From an uncultured Acidobacteriota bacterium (lineage in GTDB: Bacteria > Acidobacteriota > Vicinamibacteria > Fen-336): DNA of 64,000 nt. Of this stretch, positions 22,422 through 31,432 are shown piece after piece; the first letter of the stretch is position 1; the number at the start of each line of letters is the position of its first letter. The DNA is taken from positions 2,848,001 through 2,912,000 of the forward strand of contig OY970399.1 in the NCBI GenBank assembly GCA_963720545.1, written 5' to 3'. A program made the translations under genes and the position numbers. The notes under the pieces were generated by a model. It searched no databases. It was not told the origin of the DNA and saw nothing but the letters and a program-made list of their open reading frames with translations.

Positions 22422-22822
22422 ACCCGACACCGAAAGCAACCGTCGAGACGCTTCTGCGCCGCGAATGGCGCCTCGACCGTTCCTTCGAGGCGGTCGTCGT
22501 CGCCCTGGTCGGCAGCTTCCTGTTCGTCTACTTGCTCGGTCATCTCGGCAGTGCCGCGCCGGTATCTCTTTACCTGATCGCGCCCTGGTTGCCGTTCCTC
22601 CTGCTCGCGTGTTACGCGTGGTACGTGGTCGAGGCGATCCTGACCGCCCGCGCGGTCGGCCGCAGCCCGTGGCTCATCGGCGCGTGGCTCCTCGCCGCGC
22701 CGTTCCTGTCGCTGCTGCCCATCCCCGTAGTGGCTTTGGTCCTGCAGGCATCGCCCCTGATCCTGAAGTTCATCCTGGCGCGCGAGCTGCGCGCGCAAAT
22801 TCACCAGCAGACCTTCGACTGA
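22418..22822 (+). CDS. Hypothetical membrane protein
   Basis: TTG overlapping upstream stop; 3-4 hydrophobic segments. Confidence 0.5.
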   Translation: MNPTPKATVETLLRREWRLDRSFEAVVVALVGSFLFVYLLGHLGSAAPVSLYLIAPWLPFLLLACYAWYVVEAILTARAVGRSPWLIGAWLLAAPFLSLLPIPVVALVLQASPLILKFILARELRAQIHQQTFD

Positions 22823-22824
22823 CC

Positions 22825-23045
22825 TCATCGACGGATTGGCTGCCGTTCCGTCCAATCCGTCGATTTCCGTTGATCCGTTCCCCAGGCGCTTGCGTCGGTC
22901 ATCGACGGATTGGCTGCCGTTCCGTCCAATCCGTCGATTTCCGTTCTTGTCGTTCCCCAGGCGCTTGCGTCGGTCATCGACGGATTGGCTCCGGTTCCGT
23001 CCAATCCGTCGATTTCCGCTGATCCGTTCCCCAGGCGCTTGCGTC
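22825..23045. repeat. Tandem array of three 74-75 bp units, each with a perfect 13 bp stem hairpin (REP/BIME-like)
   Basis: Units start at 22825, 22899 and 22974; stem ATCGACGGATTGG-N12-CCAATCCGTCGAT followed by a conserved 'CGTTCCCCAGGCGCTTGCGTC'. Confidence 0.93.
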
Positions 23046-23101
23046 AGCATCCGTTCCGTCCTTGTCGCTGATTGTCGCCGCGGGCTTGGTAGGATCGGCA
23101 G

Positions 23102-23539
23102 ATGATCCGAGAGCTTGTGGACGAGGGCGACGTGCGCCGCAGCTACGACGTCATGCGCGAGCTGCGCGGCAACCTGTCCGAGGATGACTACGTGGCGCAG
23201 GTGGCGCGGCAGCGCGGCGAAGGCTACCGGCTGGCCGTGGTCGAGGACGAGAAGGACGGCACGATGACAGCGGCTGCCGGCTTCCGCATCCGCGAGATGC
23301 TGTTCCAGGGCCGCCACCTCTACGTGGACGACCTGGTGACCGCCGAGACCGAGCGCTCCAAGGGCCACGGCGATGCGCTCCTCACCTGGCTGCTGCAGCT
23401 CGCCGCGCACGAATCCTGCACGGCCCTGGAGCTCGACTCGGGGGTGCAGCGCGCCCGCGCCCACGCCTTCTACTTCTCGCAGGGAATGCACATCGCCGCC
23501 TACCACTTCGCTCTCGACCTGCCGGGCAAGGACCGCTAG
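23102..23539 (+). CDS. GNAT family N-acetyltransferase
   Basis: 'LYVDDLVT..RSKGHG', 'LDSGVQRARAHAFY'. Confidence 0.9.
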   Translation: MIRELVDEGDVRRSYDVMRELRGNLSEDDYVAQVARQRGEGYRLAVVEDEKDGTMTAAAGFRIREMLFQGRHLYVDDLVTAETERSKGHGDALLTWLLQLAAHESCTALELDSGVQRARAHAFYFSQGMHIAAYHFALDLPGKDR

Positions 23540-23543
23540 CGCC

Positions 23544-25211
23544 ATGCCGCCGGGCGAACCCCTCCAGGCCGACGACTTGCCGCAGGTGCTGGGCGAGATC
23601 TTCCCGACGCTCTCGGCGGCGCAGATCGCCGCGATCGAGCCGCTCGCCGAGGAGCGCAGCTTCGCCGACGGCGATCACATCTGGGAGCAGGGCGACCGCA
23701 ACAACCCGATGTTCGTGGTGCTCGAAGGCGGCATCGAGATCATCTCGGGCAAGGAGCAGGCGGTCACGGTGCACAAGAAGGGTGGCTTCAGCGGCGACGT
23801 GGACCTGCTGTCGGGCCGCCCGGCGGTGGTGCGGGCGCGCGCCAAGGGCGCGACCCGGGTGCTGCAGCTGCCGGCCGCCAGGCTGCGCGAGCTGGTGCAG
23901 ACCAACTCGGAGCTGATGGAGGTGTTCCTCAAGGCCTTCATGCTGCGGCGCGTGGCCCTCGTGTCGTTGGGCGCCGGCAACGTGGTGCTGATCGGCTCGG
24001 CGCACTCGCCGGGGACGTTGGCACTTCGGGAGTTCCTGAGCCGCAACAACCAGCCCTTCACCTATATCGACCTGGACGTGGACGCCGACGTCCAGCAGAC
24101 GCTCGACAGCTTCGGCGTCGGCGTCGCCGACGTGCCGGTCTTCATCTGCCGCGGCGAACGGGTGCTGCGCAAGCCGACGGTGCAGGAAGCGGCCGAGTGC
24201 CTGGGGCTCGATCGCTTCGACGAGGACGTGGTGCGCGACGTGGTGGTGATCGGCGGCGGTCCGGCCGGGCTCGCCGCCGCCGTCTACGGCGCTTCCGAGG
24301 GCCTCGATACGCTGGTGGTGGAAGCAAACGCGCCCGGCGGCCAGGCCGGCTCCAGCTCGCGCATCGAGAACTACCTCGGGTTCCCGGTCGGCATCACCGG
24401 CCAGAAGCTGACCGAGCGGGCGATCGTGCAGGCGGAGAAGTTCGGCGCCGAGGTGGCGGTGGCGCGCACCGCGGTGAAGCTCGTCTGCCAGCGCCGCCCG
24501 TACGTCGTGGACGTCGGCGGCGCGCTGGTGAAGGCGCGCACCGTGGTGATCGCGACCGGCGTGCAGTACCGCAAGGCGGAGATCCCGAACCTCGCGCGCT
24601 TCGAGGGGCTCGGCGTCTATTACAGCGCCACCCACATCGAGGCGATGGTGTGCGGCGGCGAGGAAGTGATCGTGGTCGGCGGCGGCAACTCGGCCGGCCA
24701 GGCGGCGGTGTTCCTCGCGTCGAACCGTTGCCGGGTGCAGATGCTGGTGCGCGGCCCGTGCCTCGCCGCCAGCATGTCGCGGTACCTGGTGCACCGCATC
24801 GAGGAGACGCCGAACATCGCGCTGCAGACGCACGCGCAGATCGAGTCGTTCGACGGCGACGAGACGCTTCGCGCGGTCACCTGGCGCGTACGCAACGGCA
24901 GCGACGAGGTGACGACGCGCGACGTGCGCCACGTGTTCTTCATGACCGGCGCCATTCCCAACACCGACTGGCTGCAAGACTGCCTGGCGCTCGACGAGAA
25001 GCGCTTCGTCAAGACCGGGCCCGACCTGTCGCAGGCCGAGCTGGAGGCCGCGCGCTGGCCGCTGCAGCGCCCGCCGCTGCTGTTCGAAACCAGCCTGCCC
25101 GGCGTGTTCGCGGTCGGCGACGTGCGCGCCAACAGCGTCAAGCGCGTTGCGGCGGCGGTGGGCGAGGGCTCGGTGTGCGTGCAGCTCGTCCACAAGGTGC
25201 TGGCCGAGTAG
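23544..25211 (+). CDS. Cyclic-nucleotide-binding domain + thioredoxin-reductase-like FAD oxidoreductase
   Basis: N-terminal cNMP domain ('MFVVLEGGIEI..FSGDVDLL'); 'VIGGGPAG', 'SSRIENYLGFP', 'VGGGNSAGQAA', 'GVFAVGDVR'. Confidence 0.9.
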   Translation: MPPGEPLQADDLPQVLGEIFPTLSAAQIAAIEPLAEERSFADGDHIWEQGDRNNPMFVVLEGGIEIISGKEQAVTVHKKGGFSGDVDLLSGRPAVVRARAKGATRVLQLPAARLRELVQTNSELMEVFLKAFMLRRVALVSLGAGNVVLIGSAHSPGTLALREFLSRNNQPFTYIDLDVDADVQQTLDSFGVGVADVPVFICRGERVLRKPTVQEAAECLGLDRFDEDVVRDVVVIGGGPAGLAAAVYGASEGLDTLVVEANAPGGQAGSSSRIENYLGFPVGITGQKLTERAIVQAEKFGAEVAVARTAVKLVCQRRPYVVDVGGALVKARTVVIATGVQYRKAEIPNLARFEGLGVYYSATHIEAMVCGGEEVIVVGGGNSAGQAAVFLASNRCRVQMLVRGPCLAASMSRYLVHRIEETPNIALQTHAQIESFDGDETLRAVTWRVRNGSDEVTTRDVRHVFFMTGAIPNTDWLQDCLALDEKRFVKTGPDLSQAELEAARWPLQRPPLLFETSLPGVFAVGDVRANSVKRVAAAVGEGSVCVQLVHKVLAE

Positions 25212-25311
25212 CGCCGTGCGGGCCGCCATGGCGGCGCCCGCTCGCGATGGACCGCCGCCGGGCCGCCGCGCGTTCGCGCGTGTCTGGCCCGGCGACAGGC
25301 GACGACAAGGG

Positions 25312-25935
25312 CTAGATCGGCAGACCGTTATACTCGCGAGCGACGGGCACGAGCTGCTCCAGCACCACCTCCGCCGGAACTGCCTGGCCGACCGGCAGCT
25401 TCAGGCGCGGATCGTCCACGATCGGCGTCAGCAAGAGAGCCTTCTCCACCCGCCGTGCGATGAAATAGAGGTTGAGCGCGGGGACGCGCACCACGAAATC
25501 GGCCGCGCCCGCCTGGCGATACCGGGCAAGTTCGCGAGCCAGTGCTGCGTTGCCGAAGCTCGACGGTTTGAAACGCCCCTCCAGCCCGACGATGGTGACG
25601 GACGAGCGGACCTCGCCGCGCACCGCCACGGGGTAAATCGTCTGGCTGCTCTTCGTCAGCATCCCGTTCACATCGGCGCCCTTTTCAAAGCGGGTCAACT
25701 GGTCGAGGCCGACGTTCTGCACCTCGAGCGGCGGAGTGAGAACGGCCTGTTTCACGTCATCGGCGCTCTCGAAGCCGAGATCGCGGTAGTTCTGGCCGTT
25801 CACCAGCTGCTGCAACACCGAAAGTGCGTCCGCCGCCGCCTGGGCAGGATCGCTGGCCGGCGGCTTTGCGGGTTGCTCCCGTTGGCAGGCCATCGCGAGG
25901 ATCAGCGTACACGGCGCTAGCCACATTGGTTTCAT
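25312..25935 (-). CDS. Hypothetical lipoprotein
   Basis: ATG at 25935, lipobox 'LAMAC'; immediately downstream of the papain-like gene. Confidence 0.7.
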   Translation of the reverse strand: MKPMWLAPCTLILAMACQREQPAKPPASDPAQAAADALSVLQQLVNGQNYRDLGFESADDVKQAVLTPPLEVQNVGLDQLTRFEKGADVNGMLTKSSQTIYPVAVRGEVRSSVTIVGLEGRFKPSSFGNAALARELARYRQAGAADFVVRVPALNLYFIARRVEKALLLTPIVDDPRLKLPVGQAVPAEVVLEQLVPVAREYNGLPI

Positions 25936-25936
25936 G

Positions 25937-26542
25937 TTACGAGCCTCCCGTGTAGGTGATGTCGTAGTAGTCGTTCCAGTGCGAGTGGTCGTAACCTGCT
26001 CCACCGACGTAGTTGTCGTACGTGTAGACCTCCTGGACGCCGCCGTTTTCGGCCAGCTGTGGATTGCTCGGCGGCCAGGGGTTGTTGACGCTGACGTAGT
26101 TCGTGCCGTTGATCGTCACGTAGCCCGTTGCGACCATCATGTGCCCGCCGCCTCCGTTCCAGTGCCATGCGAACGCGAAAGGCCGTTGCGCGCAGTGAAT
26201 CTGGCTGCGCAGCTGGGCCCAGGTGAGCGGTGCATCGGAAGTGACCTTGGCGGTGAAGCTGTACTTTTCGTACTCGGGCCAGCCGCCCTGCACGCAGGCG
26301 TTCGGCACCGGATTGTTGCAGCAGTCGTTGCGCCCGAAGCGGCGGTTCGCCTCGTCGCACTGCACTACGCTCGAAGCAGGGTGCAGGTGATTCATGGTCA
26401 TCTGGCCGCTCGCGGCCCAGCACCACATGTTCGTTTGCTGGCCGCGCAAGGTGACGGGCAGCGCGGCGATGTTAGGCGGATTGCAGCAGCCTGCCATGGC
26501 CAGCAGCAAGGGCAGGTTTACTGCCCACGAGATCCTCGCCAT
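25937..26542 (-). CDS. Papain-fold (C39-like) cysteine peptidase lipoprotein
   Basis: RBS AGGAGG; lipobox 'LAMAGC'; 'QQTNMWCWAAS', 'GGHMMVATGY', 'VNNPWP' (Q/C/H/N-type catalytic pattern). Confidence 0.75.
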   Translation of the reverse strand: MARISWAVNLPLLLAMAGCCNPPNIAALPVTLRGQQTNMWCWAASGQMTMNHLHPASSVVQCDEANRRFGRNDCCNNPVPNACVQGGWPEYEKYSFTAKVTSDAPLTWAQLRSQIHCAQRPFAFAWHWNGGGGHMMVATGYVTINGTNYVSVNNPWPPSNPQLAENGGVQEVYTYDNYVGGAGYDHSHWNDYYDITYTGGS

Positions 26543-26675
26543 ACGGCTCCTCCTTCTGTTCGTCGACGGAGGGGGTCCAATCGGAACGTTGGCGCGAAGA
26601 TACGCCCGGCGGCAGTTGCAAGGCTTCACGAATTCCTAAGGATTGAAGCATTCGGCTAGTCTCCGCCCAAGGACC

Positions 26676-27665
26676 ATGCGCGGAACTCTGGCGCTACAGT
26701 GTCTGCTTGGCACGGCGCTGCTGGCGTCGGCCGGCGACCAAACCCGGTACACACCGACTCCTGGCCAGCTTGTTCGCCTCAACGACGGCAAGCCGATCCT
26801 GTCGCCTTCGGGCACCGGGTTCGCCGCGAAGGGCACCTTCAACCCAGCCGTGGTCCGTCACGCCGATCGGTTCGTCATGCTGTACCGCGCGCAGGACGCG
26901 CAGGGAATTTCGCGTCTGGGCTACGCGGAGAGCAGCGACGGCATCGCCTTCACGCCAGCGCCCGCGCCGGTGCTCTCGCCGGAAGCGCCTTACGAGCGCG
27001 GCGGCGGCGTCGAGGACCCGCGCCTGGTGCTGATTGGCGACACCTACTACCTCACCTACACCGCCTACAACGGCAAGGACGCGCAGCTGGCGCTCGCGAC
27101 CTCGCGCGACTTGCGCAGCTTCGAGCGCAAGGGCGTGATCCTGCCGGCCTACAAGGGCCGCTGGAACGTGAACTGGACGAAGTCGGGAGCGATCCTCGCC
27201 GAGCGTGTCGGCGGCCGCCACTGGATGTACTTCATGGCCGACGCGCGCGGCGCGCATGACCAGACGGGCGTTGCCTGGTCGGACGACCTCGTCCACTGGC
27301 ACGAGCCGCTCGCAGCGCCGGTGCTGCCGCGCCGCCCGGGCCGCTTCGACTCGCGCGTGGTCGAGCCCGGTCCGCCGCCGCTGCTCACGCCGCACGGCAT
27401 CCTGCTCTTCTACAACGCCGCCGACGACGCTCTCGTGTACCGCACCGGCTGGGCTCTCTTCGACCGTGACGATCCCACGAAGCTGCTGGCGCGCTCGGAC
27501 GAGCCGCTGTTCGCGCCGGAAACCGAGTGGGAGAAGGTCGGGCAGGTGCCGAACGTGGTGTTCGTCGAGGGCCTCGTGGTGGAACCCGCACGCTGGCTCC
27601 TCTATTACGGCGCCGCCGACACGCACGTCGGCGTCGCATCGGTGCCGCCGCCCACCTGGCGCTGA
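26676..27665 (+). CDS. Glycoside hydrolase family 130 protein
   Basis: 'FNPAV..MLYRA', 'GVEDPR', 'YYLTYTAY', 'GQVPNVVF', 'YYGAADT'. Confidence 0.9.
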   Translation: MRGTLALQCLLGTALLASAGDQTRYTPTPGQLVRLNDGKPILSPSGTGFAAKGTFNPAVVRHADRFVMLYRAQDAQGISRLGYAESSDGIAFTPAPAPVLSPEAPYERGGGVEDPRLVLIGDTYYLTYTAYNGKDAQLALATSRDLRSFERKGVILPAYKGRWNVNWTKSGAILAERVGGRHWMYFMADARGAHDQTGVAWSDDLVHWHEPLAAPVLPRRPGRFDSRVVEPGPPPLLTPHGILLFYNAADDALVYRTGWALFDRDDPTKLLARSDEPLFAPETEWEKVGQVPNVVFVEGLVVEPARWLLYYGAADTHVGVASVPPPTWR

Positions 27666-27675
27666 CCTAAAGCGC

Positions 27676-29202
27676 CTACAAGGACCGCGCGGCCCACCAC
27701 TCGCGGGCGCGTTCCTGGGTCCACGGCGCGGCGAATGGAATCTCCGCGAGGGCGAGCGCCAGGTCGCGCGCCGCGGGGCGCGCCTGTGGGTCCTTGGCGA
27801 GGCACGACAGCACCAGGGCGTCGAGCTGCGGCGGAATCGCCTGCGCTGCGCGGCGCGACGGCGCGACCGGCTGCATGTGGATGTGTTGGGAGATGACCGC
27901 CATGGCATTTTCGCCGGGGAAGACCAGCTGGCCGGTGAGCAGCCAGTAGGCGACGCAGCCTGCGGCGTACACGTCGGCGCGGCCATCGATGGCGGTGCCC
28001 ATTGCCTGCTCGGGCGCCATGAACGCCGGCGTTCCGTGGACGGCGTTCTCGCGGGTGAGCGCGGCGTCGTTGGCCGAAGCTTCGTGTGCGGCGTCCTGCG
28101 GCGCCTTGACGATGCCGAAGTCGAGCACCTTGACGAAGTCGAATTCCTCACCGTAGTGGCAGAGGAAGATGTTGGCTGGCTTGACGTCGCGGTGCACCAG
28201 GCCACGCGACTCCGCTTCCGACAGGGAATGGCACACCTGCCGCAGGATGAAGACCGCGCGCTCGGGGCTGACGGCCCCGTGGCGCTTCACCAGCGCGTCG
28301 ATGTCGAGCCCGTCGAGCAGCTCCATCACGTAGTAGAAGGCGCCGTCGGCGGCAACCCCGAAGTCGAAGAGGTCCACCGTGTGCGGCGAGCGCAGTTCGG
28401 CGATCACCTGCGCCTCGCGCTCGAAGCGCCGCAGCGCTTCGCCCGACACGCCCGGGCGCGGGTCGCCCGTGACCGACGGGCGGATCAGCTTGATGGCCGC
28501 CGGCCGCGCCAAGAACCGGTGGCGGGCGCGCCACACCTCGCCCATGCCACCCTGGCCCAGCTTTGCCTCGAGGCGATAGGCGCCCAGTTCCCGGGCCAAA
28601 GACACCGCGCGGCGCAGGCGGTGGACGACACGCGAGCCCATGGCGGCGAACACCACGGCGATGGCGGAGCCGACCACCACGTTCACGTAAGCCGCGGCGC
28701 CCGCCACCAGCTGGCCGCCGCGATCGAGGAGGAAGAGGGCCATCGGCTGCATGGCGGCCGAGGCGAGCGCCGCCGCCAGCATGCGCCGCGGCGCCGCCGG
28801 CACGATCAGCGGGAAGAGGATGATCACGGCCGGCACCCACGTCAGGTTCGGCAACATGCCGGTGTCGTGGAAGTACTCCCAGTACGTGCGAAGCGCCAGC
28901 CAGAAGCAGAGCGCGACCTCGTAGAAGAGGCCGGCGTCGAGCAGCCGGGCCGCCTCACGGATGACCCGCCCGCTGCGCGCCGCGAACCCGAGGCACAACG
29001 ACAGGGCCACCACCACGAGGTCGCCGAGGTAGAACGGCAGGTCCGCGAGATAGCCGGGTTCGAGCGGCCGCCCGCCGGTGCGCGCCAGCACCCACGTGAG
29101 CGCGTAGAAGAAAGGATCGATGGCGAACGCGAACGCCATCAGCAGGGCGAGGAGCCCGAGGCGCCGCCGGCCCTCCTCGAGCATGTCGGCGGGCAGCGGC
29201 AC
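27676..29202 (-). CDS. Membrane Ser/Thr protein kinase (start may be a CTG near 29283)
   Basis: N-terminal TMs; 'LGQGGMGEVW', 'AAIKLI', 'HRDVKPAN', 'DFGIVK', 'GTPAFMAPE'. Confidence 0.93.
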   Translation of the reverse strand: MPLPADMLEEGRRRLGLLALLMAFAFAIDPFFYALTWVLARTGGRPLEPGYLADLPFYLGDLVVVALSLCLGFAARSGRVIREAARLLDAGLFYEVALCFWLALRTYWEYFHDTGMLPNLTWVPAVIILFPLIVPAAPRRMLAAALASAAMQPMALFLLDRGGQLVAGAAAYVNVVVGSAIAVVFAAMGSRVVHRLRRAVSLARELGAYRLEAKLGQGGMGEVWRARHRFLARPAAIKLIRPSVTGDPRPGVSGEALRRFEREAQVIAELRSPHTVDLFDFGVAADGAFYYVMELLDGLDIDALVKRHGAVSPERAVFILRQVCHSLSEAESRGLVHRDVKPANIFLCHYGEEFDFVKVLDFGIVKAPQDAAHEASANDAALTRENAVHGTPAFMAPEQAMGTAIDGRADVYAAGCVAYWLLTGQLVFPGENAMAVISQHIHMQPVAPSRRAAQAIPPQLDALVLSCLAKDPQARPAARDLALALAEIPFAAPWTQERAREWWAARSL

Positions 29203-29293
29203 CGACGAAGAAGACGACGCGCCGCCGTCTTCCGCGCTGCCGCGCTCGGGGCGCAGCAGCGTGACGTCTTGTGGTTCGCTCAGGTCCTTCGGG

Positions 29294-30106
29294 CTACTGC
29301 CAGGCGTCGCCGGACTCGGCGTCGGACTTCAGCTGCGCCTGCTGCTCGTCCATCCACTTCTGGTAGCCCTCGGCGGTGTCCACCGTGACGAAGCCGCGCA
29401 TGCGGTAGTGGCCGAGGCCGCACAGCTGCGCGCAGCCGATCTCGTATTGGAAGTCGGCCTTGCCAGTGCGCTGGCGCATCTCTTCAGTGGTGACGTCCGG
29501 CACGAACCACACCGGGATCGTCAGCCCCGGCACCGCGTCCTGCTTGATGCGCATCTCCCAGAGGGCAAACGAGTGGATGACGTCCTTGCTCGACAGCTCG
29601 ATCAGCACCGGCTTGTTCGCCGGCAGGTAGAGCTGGTTGATGGTGGTGACGTCGTCCTTCGCGTGCGGGTCGGTGCGGTCGAGGCCGAGCGGGTTGGTGG
29701 AGGCGTCGATGAGCGAGTTGTCGCGCCGCCCGAACTCGCCGTCCGGCCCCGGGTAGTGGATGTTCCAGGCGAACTGCTCGCCGATCACGTGGACCACCGT
29801 CGCATCGGCGCGCGGCGGCAGGTTCTCGACGCGCTCGGCCCACAACGGGAACGAGAGGCCGATGAGCAGGAAGGCTTCGGCGACCGCGACCGCCACCTCG
29901 AGATAGGTGGACGCCTTGCTCTTGACGCCGGCGTAGTCGGCCACCGGGTTGGCACCCTTGCGGAAGCGGAACAGGGCAAACAGGAAGAAGCCGCCCCAGC
30001 CGACGAACAGCGCCAGCATTATCCAGTGGACGACCGCGGTCGCCTGATCGAGGGCCAGGCCGTGGGCCGAGGCGAGCTGCGGGAATCCGAGCCAGCGGGT
30101 CATCAT
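29294..30106 (-). CDS. coxB: Cytochrome c oxidase subunit II (no fused cytochrome c)
   Basis: Two TMs, 'EQFAWNIHY', 'DVIHSF', CuA motif 'CAQLCGLGHYRM'. Confidence 0.93.
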   Translation of the reverse strand: MMTRWLGFPQLASAHGLALDQATAVVHWIMLALFVGWGGFFLFALFRFRKGANPVADYAGVKSKASTYLEVAVAVAEAFLLIGLSFPLWAERVENLPPRADATVVHVIGEQFAWNIHYPGPDGEFGRRDNSLIDASTNPLGLDRTDPHAKDDVTTINQLYLPANKPVLIELSSKDVIHSFALWEMRIKQDAVPGLTIPVWFVPDVTTEEMRQRTGKADFQYEIGCAQLCGLGHYRMRGFVTVDTAEGYQKWMDEQQAQLKSDAESGDAWQ

Positions 30107-30318
30107 CGGGCGTTCGCTCCGGTTACGAGCCGCAGGCGCGGCTGCGCGTTGGCGGCGGCCAGCTTCGCGTGCTTGCGCAGGTGCAGGAAGAAGGCGACGA
30201 ACGCCCCCTGGATGCAGGCGGTGATGCCGAGCAGCAGCCAGATGCCGAGCCGCGCCGCGTCGACCATGGGACCGTCGGCCTGGCCCAGGCAGGCCGTGCA
30301 GGCGATGAGCGCGTTCAC
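30103..30318 (-). CDS. Small CxxC membrane protein in cox operon
   Basis: GTG start; 'IACTACLG' then one TM; stop overlaps coxB start. Confidence 0.65.
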   Translation of the reverse strand: MNALIACTACLGQADGPMVDAARLGIWLLLGITACIQGAFVAFFLHLRKHAKLAAANAQPRLRLVTGANAR

Positions 30319-30512
30319 GAGACCCCCTTGTTCTTCTTCAGGAAATGAATTTCGTAGGCGATGAGCGCCAGCCCGACGAGGGCCGCGCCCAGGGCGCCGC
30401 CGAGCCGCGCGGCGCTGTCCACCGGCAGCATCTGGTAGCACCACGCGGCGACGAAGAAAGACAGCAGCACCGAGGCGCTGATGAACACGAGGTGAAAGCC
30501 GCGCAGCGTCAT
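30315..30512 (-). CDS. Small two-TM hypothetical protein in cox operon
   Basis: 'MTLRGFHLVFISAS..YEIHFLKK'; overlaps neighbours at both ends. Confidence 0.65.
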   Translation of the reverse strand: MTLRGFHLVFISASVLLSFFVAAWCYQMLPVDSAARLGGALGAALVGLALIAYEIHFLKKNKGVS

Positions 30513-30820
30513 CAGTGGATCAGGTGGATGCTGCCCTTGTCGCCGAGGACCGGCGCGAGCAGCAGGACGAAGAACATGAAGACCGTGAGCGCCAGCACGA
30601 AGTAAATGAGCTTCTTCTCGGCGATGAGGTGCATGAACCACGCGCACACCAGCGAGCCCTTGACGAGCGCGATGCCGAGCGCCAGCGTGATCGCGAACTT
30701 GTGCGGCAGGTGCAGGAAATAGGCGCCGACCGTGAAGCCGGTCAGCGCCAGCAGCGCCCCGAACACGAACAGCGCCGAGCGCACGTGCCGGTCGAGGGCC
30801 GCGGTGTCGTTATGGTCCAT
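30512..30820 (-). CDS. Cytochrome c oxidase subunit IV family
   Basis: Three TMs, 'KGSLVCAWFMHL'. Confidence 0.85.
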   Translation of the reverse strand: MDHNDTAALDRHVRSALFVFGALLALTGFTVGAYFLHLPHKFAITLALGIALVKGSLVCAWFMHLIAEKKLIYFVLALTVFMFFVLLLAPVLGDKGSIHLIH

Positions 30821-30837
30821 GGTTTCTTTCTAAGCCT

Positions 30838-31428
30838 CTAGAGCAGGTAAAGGATGGGAAAGAGGAAGATCCAGACGAGGTCCACGAGGTGCCAGAAGAG
30901 CCCCGCATTCTCGACCCGGTTGGTGAAATGCACGGGGTCGGTGTGGTACAGCTTCGACCCCGGACCCAGCAGGTAGCCGTTCACGATCATGCCGCCGATC
31001 ACGTGCAGTCCGTGCAGGCCGGTGAGCGTGAAGTAGATGGCGAGGAACGTGTTGGTGTGCGGCAGGTAGCCGTGGTGGAACTTCGCCTCGTACTCGACAT
31101 ACTTGATGCCGAGGAAGATGAAGCCGGCGAGGATCGTGAGACCCATGTAGATGTTGAACTTGCCCTTGTCGCGGCGCGCCACGGCGGCCCAGGCGAGCAC
31201 CACCGTGATCGACGAGCTGATGAGCACCACGGTGTTGACCGTGGCGAGCGGGATGTTCAGGTAGGTGGCTCCGGGCGGCCAGGACGCGGCACCGACGCGC
31301 AGCATGATGTAGGACGCGAACAGCGCGCCGAACAGCATCACCTCGGAGGCGAGAAAGAGCCAGATGCCGATCTTGCCGTTGGTGAGCCCGGTGTCGGGCC
31401 GGGCGTGGACGGTGTAGGGGATTTCCAT
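30838..31428 (-). CDS. coxC: Cytochrome c oxidase subunit III
   Basis: 'GIWLFLASEVMLFGALF', 'TGLHGLHV', 'FWHLVDLVWIFLFP'. Confidence 0.93.
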   Translation of the reverse strand: MEIPYTVHARPDTGLTNGKIGIWLFLASEVMLFGALFASYIMLRVGAASWPPGATYLNIPLATVNTVVLISSSITVVLAWAAVARRDKGKFNIYMGLTILAGFIFLGIKYVEYEAKFHHGYLPHTNTFLAIYFTLTGLHGLHVIGGMIVNGYLLGPGSKLYHTDPVHFTNRVENAGLFWHLVDLVWIFLFPILYLL

Positions 31429-31432
31429 CGCC

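Noticed and set aside
22825..23045. CRISPR array
   Set aside because: The intervening segments are nearly identical rather than unique spacers, and there are no cas genes in the window.
25218..25241. Rho-independent terminator between convergent genes
   Set aside because: A GC palindrome (GCCGCCATGGCGGC) is present, but there is no U-tract on either strand.
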